This document shows, piece by piece, positions 38,342 to 50,335 of a stretch of DNA of 64,000 nucleotides. The stretch covers positions 248,001 through 312,000 of the forward strand of contig JAXLNO010000146.1 in NCBI GenBank assembly GCA_038087875.1. The letters are read 5' to 3'. The first letter of the stretch is position 1; each line of letters begins with the position of its first letter. Origin of the DNA: Malacoraja senta. Lineage: Eukaryota. The position numbers were made by a program, and so were the translations under genes. Below the pieces are notes generated by a model, which was not told where the DNA came from, ran no database searches, and was given only the letters and a program-made list of their open reading frames with translations.

Positions 38342-39180
38342 AAATCAAATGGGGGTTTGGCAGATCTGAACCATTCTAAGCAATGCTTTGTCTGCAGATA
38401 GCTAGACTGTTATCTTTGGAATGTTGAATCAAGGTCACTTTCTGTTCAAAACGAGTAAACAGCTGAACAGACGGGAATGGTATATACCAAAAGCATTTAC
38501 TTGTTTATTAGATTATAATATTAAAACCAATTGTAAGAACTTATCCTATTAACGACTTAATAAGTTATGCATGTTAGATTAGAATACTAACAAAAACAAA
38601 AATAAAAAATAATGAACTAACATACTAATATGAATTTTTAATAAATTGAAAGCTTATCTATAAGTGGGAGGAGGGGATGAGAAACGAGCACCTGGCTTAG
38701 GCCCAGGGGCACGTCTCGTTAACCCCTTCAACCAACAGTTGATTCTTATTGAAGTCAAAAGTATCGGTTTAATAATTAGTAGCTAAAATTGCGATATATA
38801 TATGATATGTTATAATGAAATATATAGGGTAAAAGTGTATTATATATCTGAATGTGAGGCCCCATTTTAATATTTTAATATGTTATGATTAACCAAGAGA
38901 GCGGAGCTATTTGTTTAACAACACAATGGAAGTCAAAACAAGGTTTTTTCCAACCTACAGGTGGGACACTCGCTACAGTGCCGACTATATCAGACACTGT
39001 ATTTTCACTGTTTTCGTTTTTTTTTATTACCACATAAACTCACATGTTTGTGTTTTGTGTTTAGTGATAAGCGTAAAATGGATATACCAACAAAACGTAA
39101 ACATTCAAAAGTTCCCCCAATACCCAAAGACCTGGGATATGGATGCACCACAAGATTTAAAGGTACTATAATTATTCAAA

Positions 39181-41953
39181 ATGCATGACACCAAACAAAA
39201 GAACCTTGGAGGAATCTCATTTTGTAGTTGGAATATAAGAGGTATTAACGAACCTATTAAAAGGGGTAAGATACTAGCTCAGCTGAAACTGTACAACTCT
39301 GACATTATGTTCTTACAAGAAACACACTTAAAATCCCAGGATCAAGTTAGGTTGAGGGCGAAATGGATAGGTCAAACATACCATTCTTCATTCACTTCGA
39401 AATCTAGAGGCACGTCGGGAATGGGAGATACTTAATAGTTAATGGAGAAATTCATGATACTCCACTTACCTTGGTAAATATATATGCCCCTAACTTTGAC
39501 AACCCCCACTTTTTTAATAAAATGTTCAACATAATTGCAGAGTTTAACTATCAAAATGTTATAATAGGAGGAGACTTTAACTGTGTTTTAGATCCGTACT
39601 TAGATAAATCAAGCCAAACACAGAGAGGGAATATGAAATCGAAAACCGGGGAACTTCTCAATACTTATATAAACAATACTAATATAGCAGATGTTTGGAG
39701 AATTGTTAATCCAACTGGCAGGGAATACTCGTTTTATTCAATGGTACATAAGACATACTCACGTATAGATTACTTCCTGCTGGATATAAAATTAATCCCT
39801 CAAACATTTAACCCAACATACCACACAAATTCGATTTCAGACCATTCTCCACTAACTTTCTTTTTAAAACTGGAAGGAATGTTTAAGAATAAATCGTTTT
39901 GGAGATTTAATTCTCAAATTCTAAAAGATCCACAAGCGAGTATATATTTAAAAGAACAAATGGAGGCCTTTTTTCAAATAAATGATACTCCAGATATATC
40001 GTCTACTGTATTATCGGAATCTTTTAAAGCATACATTAGGGGTATTATAATTTCATATCAAGCTTTTCAAAATAAAAAGAATAAGAATGAACAAAGACAG
40101 TTAGAAGAACTTATTAGACAAATGGATATAGATAATGCTAAAGATCCATCAATAGATAAACATAATAAAATAATAATTTTGAAATTTAAATTAAATAAAT
40201 TATTATCTGCCAAACTTATAAGACTTTTTCAAATTACAAAACAAGAGCACTTTGAATTTGGGGATAAACCGCATAAACTTTTGGCTCGCCAGCTAAAAAA
40301 ACGAGAAAAGGAACATACTCTACCAAAGATTAAATCAGATAAAGGGGAATTATTAACAACACCGAAGGATATTAATAAAAGATTTGCGCAATTTTATGAG
40401 AATTTGTATACATCTAAAACGACAATTGATTCCAATAATATCACAACGTTTTTGGATAATTGTAATCTTCCAAAGTTAGAGCTGAAGGAACAAGAGGAAT
40501 TGGGTGCACAAATTTCAATTAAGGAATTAGAAGATACAATAAACTCACTAAAGAATGGAAAAACACCAGGCCCTGATGGATTTACTAATGAATTTTATAA
40601 AAGCTTTTATGATAAAATAATACCAAGATTACAAAAAATGTACCAATATGCTTTAAAAAAACAAATACTACCTGATACATTAGCGGAATCAACGATTACA
40701 CTAATACCTAAGAAAGACAAAGATTTAGAAGAACCGGGTTCATATAGAGCTATAGCATTGTTAAACACAGATCAAAAAATATTAGCGAAAACATTAGCTA
40801 GAAGATTAAGAAAATACATTAGTAAATTAATAAACCCAGATCAGACGGGGTTTATCCCTAAGAGATACTCATCTAACAATATGAGACGTTTATTCAACGT
40901 AATGCACTCACACAAATCTGAAGATCAAGAATTATCAATTATTTCGCTAGATGCTGAAAAAGCATTTGACCAAGTAGAATGGAATTATATGGATAAAGTA
41001 TTACAAAAATTCCAACTGGGAGAGAATTTTATTCTATGGATCAAGTTACTATATAATAAACCTACAGCTAGAATACTAACTAATAAAATATTATCCTCGA
41101 AATTCCAACTATCAAGGGGAAATAGACAAGGATGCTCATTATCACCACAGCTGTTTGCTCTCATTATTGAACCGCTAGCAGAAAAAATTAGAATGCACCC
41201 TGATATCCATGGATATAATACTAAAGACTCATATAATAAAATATCTTTATACGCGGATGATATATTACTGTACATTACAAAACCTCAAATCACTATACCA
41301 AATATATTAAATTTAATTGAAGACTTTGGATCTTTTTCTGGATATAGAATAAATTGGAATAAAAGTGAAATTATGTCAATAAAACCGAAAGATTCAACAC
41401 ATCTTTTAAAATTCCCTTTTAAAATAGCTACAGAAAAATTTAAATACTTGGGAATCGAAATTACCAGAACATATCAAGGTATGTTTAAGGCAAATTTTGA
41501 TCCCCTACTTAATAAATTAAACACACTAATTAAATTCTGGAAAACGCTCCCGATGTCTTTAATAGGCCGAATAAATTGTCAATCCCAAGAAGCTACTATA
41601 GTGCACTCATTCGTTTTCTGTACAAAAATTCAAAAATTTTGGAATGAAATTTTCGAAATCTTTACAAAATTATTTAAAATAAGACTGATACCCAAAGCAG
41701 AATGGATTATCTTCGGAATAACGGAAGATGGTCCAGAACTAAATGTGTTTCAAAAGAAACTAATAGACTATGGGTTAATAACTGGAAAAAAGCTAATTCT
41801 AAAATTTTGGAAGAAGGCTCCAATACCAACTATAAACATGTGGATTTCAAATATGTTCGAAATATATTAGAAGAGATAAGACTCCTCCTAGCAGGTAAAC
41901 CAGATCACTTCCATCTGACGTGGTCTGCATTTATAGAATTATTACAAATATAG
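39181..41953 (+). pseudogene. L1 ORF2p (APE endonuclease + RT + CCHC), disrupted
   Basis: SWNIRGIN, FLQETHL, GGDFN, YSRIDY, SDHSP; GKTPGPDGF, SLDAEKAFD, RQGCSLSP, YADD. Frameshifting deletion ~39415, large in-frame deletion ~41575, frameshift ~41865. Confidence 0.93.
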
Positions 41954-43370
41954 GGTGCAAAGGTACCTTAAAAAAAATTGAGGTCAGGTAAGGGGGGATG
42001 ATAGTTGAAGAGTTGGTATGTCCCATTTGCGTAATGCTCATAAAAATATTTGTTTCTCTCTTTTTCCTCTTTCTCTTTCTCCTTCTTTTCTGGGGTCTAT
42101 TTCTTAACTCTTTTTCTTTTGTTTTTAATTTTGTTCTTATAGGGTCTTCGTCCTTTTTGTTGTCACATTTTCTACACTCTCACTTTTTCCTTCACTTTCT
42201 TCTTTCTTTCAATCTTTTCCTTTTACTAGTGTAAAAAACAAATGGAGTACATTAATTGTAAGAAGACATAAGTGACGAGTACTAATGTATGTGGTTGTAA
42301 TGTAATGTACTTCTAATTTAAAAAAAAATTTAAATACATTAAAAAAAAAATTTTTTTTTAAGAAAATAATAATTAAAAAAGAGTTTTAAGCACTTGTCCA
42401 AACACGTTCATTTATGCTGCGTCTCAACGAAACTGCAGAGATGAAATGAAGAAAATTATTAAACGGCCTCTTGTTTTACTTTCTAAATTATTGAAGTAAA
42501 AGACACAGCTTGATAAACTCAGGGGACATATGCACATTCAACTGGAATTTTAATTTACGATGCACAGACCTAAATTTGTAATGGGTAATATATTCGCGTT
42601 TTACCTGTTTACATCGCTGCCATATATATTCGTATCCCGAAAAAGCATATCCAAATCACAGGCACTATTTCGCAATTTATTTTACTTGAAATAAATATTT
42701 CAGAAAATGTTTGTTTATTTTAACACAAATTATTTTTCACACCAACTTAAGATGTGTTAGTCCGTTTGTGTGCGCGTGGGAGAGCGGGGGTTTGGGAAGT
42801 GGACGTGTTCGTCCAATGTTCAGTGGGAACACTGGTTCTTGAGTGAAAAGGGAAACCACTGAGAATACTCGCATGTCATGCAATATCCGAGGCGAGTGCA
42901 TCAGAGAAAGCGTTTCAGGTCAATGAAATCTCATTGGAACGTCTGCATATTTGCAGTTCCATAGTGGACTGAATGACCGAATCTACTAAGCGGAGAGAGC
43001 TTATGGTAAAATGAGGAGCAGGGGAGACTCATGGACGGACGTGGTATTGGTATCGGATGTCGAGGGTGCTTTAAACTTGCGCGTCACGGCTCATCCGATT
43101 GGAGATAGAAGCAGGTGGAAATGAATATGGAAAAGGGAACGAGGAAATGTAATTTTACTTCGGAGTCACGTGAGTGACTACGTGAAGAAGACCCGTCAGG
43201 GCGCGTGCGCGTCATTACGTCTGACGCATTGGCGCCCGGACAGCAGGAAGAGGTGCTCCTCCTGTAGGTGAGTAATTTAAAAGCTCCACCAAAGTCGGGG
43301 AGACTTTGGAGGAGTTAGTTAGGAGAATAAAGTGCTGCTGTATTTTTTGTCCCTAAAAATTTACAGCAGC

Positions 43371-44362
43371 ATGGAAAAATCAACGAGGTGCAGGCGAGCT
43401 GCGGACAAGGTGAGAGAGAGCTGCGGGAGTGCAGTCTCTGAACGGCAGCCTGTTACCTCTGGGGAGTCGCAACCCGGGAGCGGAGCGGGTGCAGACTTGG
43501 CAGTCCAATGTACCCAGCAAGGTACACAGCCAACGCCAGTCGGGCGGAAGGCAAAAGCCAAGTCTGTCAGGCCCATTGACTCAGCAGAGTCGGGCCAGGA
43601 AGAGTCCCGTCCGGGACAGGATACCGTTACCCAGCGGTTATCCCAAATGGAGCAAGTCATACAGGAATTGCTCCACAAAGGCACACTCCAGGAGGAGTTG
43701 TGTGGGCGGCAGGCCGTGGGGAAGGCTCCGCCGGCAGCACCTGGTAGAGGGCTGCTTGAAGGCACCCAGAAGGGCAGATGAGCTCTGACCCTGACTCCGA
43801 TGACGAGTTTGAACAGGAAGAAAGGCAGCTGCCAGAGTTGACACCTTTGGCAGCACGGTTTGCCATGTCATCGGAAGCTGGTGAGCCTCTGGGTGAGGAA
43901 CTCGCCACCAGCATCAATTACCTTGTCTCACATCAGCTACAGGAGCTGACCATCGACGAGACTGTCAGGAAACATGAAGCCTCAGTCAACTGCGGCCTGT
44001 TGAAAGTTCCTGTTGTAAGTAGGATGATTTGGGGCCAGATGGGCATAGCAATGAGAGCCCAGGAGATGACGTTGCAGCATATTTTAAAGTTGCTGGGGTC
44101 TGGCAAAACAATCTTTGCCAGAATGGTTGATGGTGAGGACATGACAAATTTGCAACAAGAGGTGTTGGGGCTACAGTGCAGTGCCCACTTTGAGATAAAT
44201 TGCCTGCGCAAAATTGCGATTAGGCCAACTATCAACCCCAAATTTGCATTACTCTGCCAGCCTGGCACAGTGCAACAGGCTAATCTACTCTTTGGCGAGG
44301 ACTTCGCAAAGGAGGCGAAGGAGCTGGAGGAGGAGGCCAAGACGTTGGGCTTAATTAAGTAG
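43371..44362 (+). pseudogene. DIRS gag-like ORF1 (frameshift near 43780)
   Basis: ORFs 43332..43781 and 43778..44362; NCGLLKVPVV...IW and INCLRK..IRPTINPKF..LC...LLFGED typical of DIRS ORF1. Confidence 0.75.
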
Positions 44363-44571
44363 CCAGCAGCCACACATCCACCAAAACGAAAATATCCCTA
44401 CAAGCGTGGAGACTAGTCCGGGCAAGTGACGAGTCGAGCGACCATGCAGCCCAGTTGGCGTTAGGCTGTTGCTGCGCCAGGAAAGGTGTGGTATCGAGCT
44501 GGAGGCCGGGGAAGGACTCCAGGTGGTAAGGAGGATGTGGGTCTGGTTCTCATGCAGACAGATCAAATGTA

Positions 44572-46459
44572 ATGCAATTAAAATTTGGAGGAAGATTACA
44601 TCTGTTCTTAGAGGAATGGAAACAAATTACCTCAGATATGTTTATACTGAATGTTATTGAAGGGTTTCGAATAGAGTTTAACGCAAATTCTGATTTACCC
44701 ATGCAACATGGGCCAAAAAGGAGTTTTGAGTTCAGTATCACTGAACAATTGGAAGTTCAGGTGGAACTTGAAAGCTTATGTAATAAAGGTGTAATTGCTG
44801 AGGCAGTTTTCCAAAGCCAACAGTGGTTGTCCAATATTTTTCCCAGACCAAAAAAGGATGGGGGATGCAGAATTATCTTGGACCTGACTAGTCTTAACCC
44901 TTTTGTACGGTATAGACATTTTAAGATGAAAACGTTTGTGACTGCTAAGCAACTTGTTTCCAAAGGATGCTATATGGCAAATATAGATCTTAAAGATGCG
45001 TATTACTCAGTGTCTGTTCATTTGCAGGATAGAAGATATTTAAAATTCAGCTGGATGGGGCAATTATGGCAATACAATGCACTGCCTAATGGTTTGTCTT
45101 CAGCTCCTAGAGTGTTTACAAAGTTGTTAAAAACCTATTCTAGGCATGGTGAGAAGTCAAGGCCATGTACTCATGGCTTAACTTGATGATATCTTGATTG
45201 TAGGACAATCAAAGGAAACAGCTGAAGCATCAGTGGCAGTCGTTAAAACCACTTTTCAAAGATGGGGCTTCATAAACCACCCAGAGAAATCTAAATTAGC
45301 ACCTGTGACACAAATTGACTATTTGGTATTCACAATAGACTCAATCAACATGAGTGTGACCTTGCCCAGGCAAAAAAGGGTAGAGCTAATTGAGAGCTGT
45401 ATCAAGTTAATTGCTGACACACAGCCTTCAATTAGACAGGTGGCAAGTCTGCTTGGGAAATTAGTGGCAGCATTTCCAGCAGTTCAATATGGGCCACTTC
45501 ATTATCAACAATTACAAAGGTCAAAGGAACAAGCACTGAGGATACATTTGGGTCATTATAATAGGCCTATGCATCTATCAGTAGAGGCTGTTGCTGATGT
45601 ACAATGGTGGATTCAGCATGTGTCCACTAGTAGTTCCAAAGTGTTATTGGACGAAGCTTCCATGATTTTGCAGACAGATGTCAGTGCACTTGGGGGTGCT
45701 AATGATACTAGATCCAGCTGTGGAGGCAGATGGACTGAGCAAGAGTCATTGCTTCTGCAAACATGGGGAAATAACCATTTAGAGCTTTTAGGAGTATTTT
45801 ATGGACTTAAGGCTTATTGCGCTAACAAAACTAGCTTGCATGTTCAGTGTCAAATAGACAACACTACAGCAGTTGCATATATTAATCATATGGGTGGAAT
45901 CAAATCGTTATCATGTGACAGGTTGGCAAATCAAATTTGGACGTGGTGTAAGGATAGAGATATTTGGATTTCAGCTATCTATCTGCCAGGAAAACTCAAT
46001 ATAGTAGCAGATGCCAGGACACGAAAATTCCATGATTATACAGAGTGGATGTTGAACCAGGACGTGTTCAAGGACATAGTACTTGCATATGGAATGCCAG
46101 ATATCGATTTGTTTGCATCCAGGCTTAACCACCAGCTGCCAAAATATGTTTCATGGGAACCAGATCCAGGGGCAGTGGCAATTGATGCTTTTCCGCTAAA
46201 TTGGGGTAATATGTTTGTGTATATGTTTCCACCATTCTGCCTCATAGGTCGGTGTCTGCAAAAAATCAAGCAGGATGCCGCTTCAGGGGTGTTGGTGATA
46301 CCAAATTGGCCAACTCAACCATGGTTCCCTTTGATGTTACAGATAGCGACCCAACCTCCTTTGCTGATTCCAAAGAGTAGGAGTTTACTGGAGCATCCGG
46401 TAACGCGTGAAATTCATCCGTTATGTGATCGCATTGATCTGTTAATTTGTAGGTTTTAA
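44572..46459 (+). pseudogene. DIRS pol: RT + RNase H + N6-adenine methyltransferase-like domain
   Basis: GGRLHLF..EW, PKKDGGCRIILDL, IDLKDAYY, LPNGLSSAPRVFTK; catalytic YLDD reads *LDD (TAA at ~45179); RNase H QTD.S..G, HLELL, DNTTAVAYIN; MT-like DIDLFAS...YMFPPF...PNWPTQPWF. Confidence 0.9.
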
Positions 46460-46497
46460 GAAGGCCTTACCTGGGTCGAGGACTTTCTCGGCGAACG

Positions 46498-47415
46498 GTG
46501 GATATGCCCACTGCAGCCTGGAGAGAGAGTACTCAAAAGCAGTATATTACTTATGTAAAAAAATGGGAACAATATTGTGTTGAAAAGAATATTCAATATA
46601 ATACTGTAGTTATTGAAAATGTGTTAGAGTTTTTATGCACACTCTATTATGATGAGAGTCTCAGTTATAGTGCTATCAGTACAGCTAGAAGTGCTTTGTC
46701 CTCATATCTTGTAATAGGTACACGGACAGAAGGTATAGGCTCACACCCTCTCATATCTCGGTTGATGAAAGGAATCTTTAATTCCAAACCTCCAAAACCT
46801 AGGTATATGGTTATCTGGGATGTAAGTGTTGTTCTTAACATGCTTCGTCATTGGGTCCCTGTCACGTCTATGACTTTGTCAAAATTAACCATAAAATTGG
46901 CTATGCTAATCGCATTGGTTTCAGCACAGAGGGTGCAGACTTTGCAAAAACTTCAGTTAGATAGAATGGAAGTCACTGCAAAGAATGTTATGTTTTATAT
47001 TTATGACCTGCTCAAACAAGGTAGGCCAGGTGTGACAGGATTTATGATTGTGTTCTCAGCATATCCTACAGATCCAAGTTTATGTGTAAGGACACATGTG
47101 TTACATTACATTGAAGCCACAAGGGCTTTAAGACATGAAGAAACAGGATTATGTATCAGCTACAAGAAGCCACATAAAAGAGTGGTAGTTCAGACTATCT
47201 CAAGGTGGTTAAAGCAAGTGTTGGTTCATGCAGGAATTAACACGGATGTGTTTACATCTCATTCCTCTAGGGCAGCAGCAACATCGGCGGCCAGGGCGAT
47301 GGACGTTCCCATCGACCATATACTAAAAGCCGCAGGGAGGCCAAATGAACTTGTGTTTCAGCAATACTACCATCGGCCAATTGCCGATGGAGGGCTGTTT
47401 GCCAACAGATATTAA
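46498..47415 (+). CDS. DIRS tyrosine recombinase
   Basis: N-terminal ARSALS and HPLISRLMKG; catalytic R (AQRVQ), K (LLKQGR), HSSR, Y (FQQYY). The usual AGW position reads AGR. Confidence 0.9.
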   Translation: MDMPTAAWRESTQKQYITYVKKWEQYCVEKNIQYNTVVIENVLEFLCTLYYDESLSYSAISTARSALSSYLVIGTRTEGIGSHPLISRLMKGIFNSKPPKPRYMVIWDVSVVLNMLRHWVPVTSMTLSKLTIKLAMLIALVSAQRVQTLQKLQLDRMEVTAKNVMFYIYDLLKQGRPGVTGFMIVFSAYPTDPSLCVRTHVLHYIEATRALRHEETGLCISYKKPHKRVVVQTISRWLKQVLVHAGINTDVFTSHSSRAAATSAARAMDVPIDHILKAAGRPNELVFQQYYHRPIADGGLFANRY

Positions 47416-47636
47416 GTTCTGTTAATACTGTTTAATTCTGTTTCAATTCTGTTTAATTCTGTTTTCATTTTGCCCCTAAGTTAGAGGGCTTATTGTTTGT
47501 TTTATGACTAAAGTAAAACTGTTATTGCATGATATTCAGTGTCATGTTTACAGCATTATTGATTATACTCAGAGTCAATCAATGCAGTGAGAAGCCGGGA
47601 TTTTGATCTGCGGCATGAAATCACAGAGCTTTGAAA

Positions 47637-47748
47637 TCTTCACGTAGTCACTCACGTGACTCCGAAGTAAAATAGTAAGATTAAACGAGAACTTACCAAT
47701 TTGAAGTTTGATCTTTATTTTATGAGGAGTTACGTTGGTTATTACGTG
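47637..47748. repeat. DIRS internal complementary region (ICR)
   Basis: 47637-47673 is the exact reverse complement of 43152-43188; 47673-47748 is the near-exact reverse complement of ~47872-47947. Confidence 0.93.
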
Positions 47749-48139
47749 CCCGCCACGCCCAACCCTCTCTCATGTTCCTCATCTTAATAGTTTACTTCAA
47801 TTATTGTGTTGTCTGTGATTTCATACCGCTGCTTTGAAGATTGACGCGCATGCGCCCTGACGGGTCTTCTTCACGTAAACACCAACGTAACTCCTCATAA
47901 AATAAAGATCAAACTTCAAACTGGTAAGTTCTCGTTTAATCTTACTAGTAATGGTGTATGGCGAGATGTCACCTTAATATGCCCGCAGTACGTTCAAATT
48001 GAAAGGGGGCTCCTGCCATCTTTGGAAAGCCTGTCAATACCTGTCGATACTGTAAAGCTATAGAGAATGAAAAGGGAGATGGATATTTACATAGCCTGGC
48101 TCGTTCCAATATGACTATGCGACATTCAGTAGTTTGCGC

Positions 48140-48430
48140 AGAGTGGGTGAGCTGAGTAATGGGCGGAAGAGAGTTGCTGCCTCACCGAGCTCTTGACCCA
48201 AGTTTGACATTCACATCGGATGATATATGTCTGGAATTTGCACATCCTCAATGTGACTGCAGTTTCCACTGTATTCTCCGACTTCTTCCCAAATCACAAA
48301 GATTTTCAAGTTGGTAGGTTAATTGGCATCTGTAAGTTGCCTCCTGTTTGTGGCATCTGAATGGACAAAGTGGGACAACACAGACCAAGTTTGCCAGGGT
48401 GATCGATGGTTGGTGTGGAGGCGGTGGGAG
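48140..48430 (+). mobile_element. Degraded tRNA-derived SINE
   Basis: agagttgctgcctcac...tttgcacatcctc..tgtgactgc...ggtaggttaattggc..ctgtaagttgcc, the typical SINE body seen elsewhere in the window. Confidence 0.65.
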
Positions 48431-48699
48431 ACGTCATACGGTGAAAAATATTAAGCAAATGATCCTCATCAGATCAAATGTGACAGAGCGTAATTAATTG
48501 GGGGAATATATAGAAAGCTGTGAAGTACGTTCAAGATTACTGTGGAAATCGGGGTGCAACAATCCTCTTACCCGAGAGAGACGGGGGATGAAAAAAGTGG
48601 AAGATCAATTGTCGTGTACGTTGAAAATGATCAGGGAAGGTGGTGCTATACCTGGATTCGTTTAACACGGGCTAATAACCAATCCAATACGTTCACACA

Positions 48700-49715
48700 T
48701 ATGAAGACACAAGAAACTGCAGATATTGTAGACACAAGTTGCTGGTGTAATTTACAGCGTCATACAGTACCTTTGGAGAACATGGTTCGTTAACTCTTCT
48801 GGTCAGGGAATTCTTCACACTGATTGTGCTTGTTCCTGTGTAGAAAGATGGAAGAGAGTTGAGATTGGGACAAAGTCTGGCATGGTAGGTGGACAGGTGA
48901 ATGGGGTTGATCGGCGGATGGTTTCACGTGGATAGAGGGAAGGGAGACACGAGTGCGAAGGCTGTTGGGGCGAATTGCGGGGGGGGGGTAGAGGGTGGGG
49001 GTCGAAGGGGGGAGTAGTAGTTTCGGGTAGTTACCAAATATTGAAGGGTTCAGTGCTCATACCGTTAATTTGTGAAATATTCAAGCGGAATATGAGATGG
49101 TGTTCCAACACTTACGTGTGGCATTACTCTAACAATGAAGGAGGCCAAATACACGAATGCATGTGGGAATGGGTAATCGCGTTTTAATGTTTAATAACTG
49201 GAATATGGTGTACCACCTCCCCGACCGAGAGCAAGTATTCGGTGAGATGGTCGCCTCATCAACGCTTGGTCTTGCCGAAGTAAAGCGTCCACATCGGGCG
49301 CACCAAAAACAGCAGATGACGTCAGTGGACGTGCATGCGAACCTCTCTCTCACGTAGAAGGACTACTGGTGGCATTGGACGGATGTAAGGCATGATGGCA
49401 GGTGTTACATCTCCTGTGCTGTGGGGGATGGTACCTGGGGAGAGGGTGGTTAGGCTGCAAGCGGATAAGGGAGAGCGGAGTTTATGGAAGCCGAGAGGTA
49501 GTGGGGATGGGAAGATGTGTGGGGTAGATATGGAGAATAATGTGTTGCATAAGGATGCAGGTGGCTGAAATTTAAGGACCTGGGGAACCATTTTGTAGTT
49601 CCGTGCGAAGGCAAGGGGACCGAGAGCAGAACTGCAAGACCCAGAGGAGATGTGGGTGAGGATGCACCCATCGTAGCAACGGGGAAACTACGTTTACTCA
49701 AGAAAGAGGACGTCC
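48700..49715 (-). mobile_element. Degraded Penelope-like element (GIY-YIG endonuclease end plus terminal repeat)
   Basis: Minus strand: RFACTSTDVICCFWCARCG..YFGKTKR...DHLTEYL.SV ... GLLHC ... EHHLIFRL....NGM, then a pyrimidine-rich UTR and MER6-like terminus. Confidence 0.75.
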
Positions 49716-50007
49716 ATCATAAGCACAACTTTTCCTTTCTCCTTGCTGCAAACATTATGTTACAGATTTCAGAACGTATGCTAACATTTTTTACAATGAT
49801 CCTTCCCTTGGAAATATATTCAATTTTGAACAATCATTTCGATTTTTAATACCTTTATACGAAATAACAATTATCGTCTGCAAGAAACGCTTGTGGCATT
49901 TCTCTTAAAATACCTTCTTGTATTGCCCCAGATTAATAATCATATTTTTCCATAATAATACACGAAGCGAATGGTGTGTGTTATTGAAATAGAGATTATT
50001 TTTTTAA

Positions 50008-50335
50008 TTTGTACAGTTTAGTTTTAGAGAAACAGCGCGGAAACAGGCCCTTCGGCCCACCGGGTCCGTGCCAACTAGCGATCCCCGCACATGAACACGA
50101 TCCTACACCGACAAGGGACAATTTTTTAAAAACATTTTCCAAGCCAATTAACTTACAAACCTGTACGTCTTTGGAGTGTGGGAGGAAACCCGAATAAATC
50201 GGAGAAAACCCACGCAGGTCATGGAGAGAACGTACAAACTCCGTACAAACAGCGCCCTTAGTCGGGATCGAACCCGGGTCCCCGGCGCTGCATTCGCTGT
50301 AAGGCAGCAACTCTGTCGCAGACCAACAGTGACCG
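50008..50335 (-). mobile_element. tRNA-derived SINE with CR1-type tail (HE1-like), well preserved
   Basis: Reverse strand: gagttgctgccttacagcg...gacccgggttcgatcccgact (B box)...ccgaagggcctgtttccgcgctg..tctctaaaactaaact. Confidence 0.88.

Larger units (their letters stand above)
37025..42378 (+). mobile_element. L1 retrotransposon with both ends, 15-bp target-site duplication and internally deleted ORF2
   Basis: TSD aagagttttcagcac (37010-37024) / aagagttttaagcac (42379-42393); TT|AAGA target; ORF1, ~840-bp spacer, ORF2, T-rich 3' UTR and A-rich tail. Confidence 0.95.
36238..42499 (+). pseudogene. Gene C: GPR139-like exon 2 pseudogene, split into 36238-37024 and 42394-42499 by an L1
   Basis: Acceptor ttgcag|CT, ANILTISILSTGKCGLS, SVWLTVSFTFDRF. 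Lesions: frameshift ~36380, TAG at 36701 (Trp in paralogs), ~10-bp deletion ~36860. After the L1 it resumes STCPNTFIYAASQR...KRPLVLLSKLLK*. No exon 1 found. Confidence 0.92.
43152..47947 (+). mobile_element. DIRS1-type tyrosine-recombinase retrotransposon, structurally complete but mutated
   Basis: gag-like, RT/RNase H/MT and YR ORFs; inverted termini (43178-43214 vs 47842-47878); internal complementary region 47637-47748; no TSD. Flanks rejoin sequence homologous to ~19260-19300. Confidence 0.95.

Noticed and set aside
46498..47415. Prophage integrase, bacterial contamination or horizontal transfer
   Set aside because: It sits in a DIRS1 element with RT/RNase H, ITRs and ICR, inserted in host DNA that is collinear with the paralogous flank.
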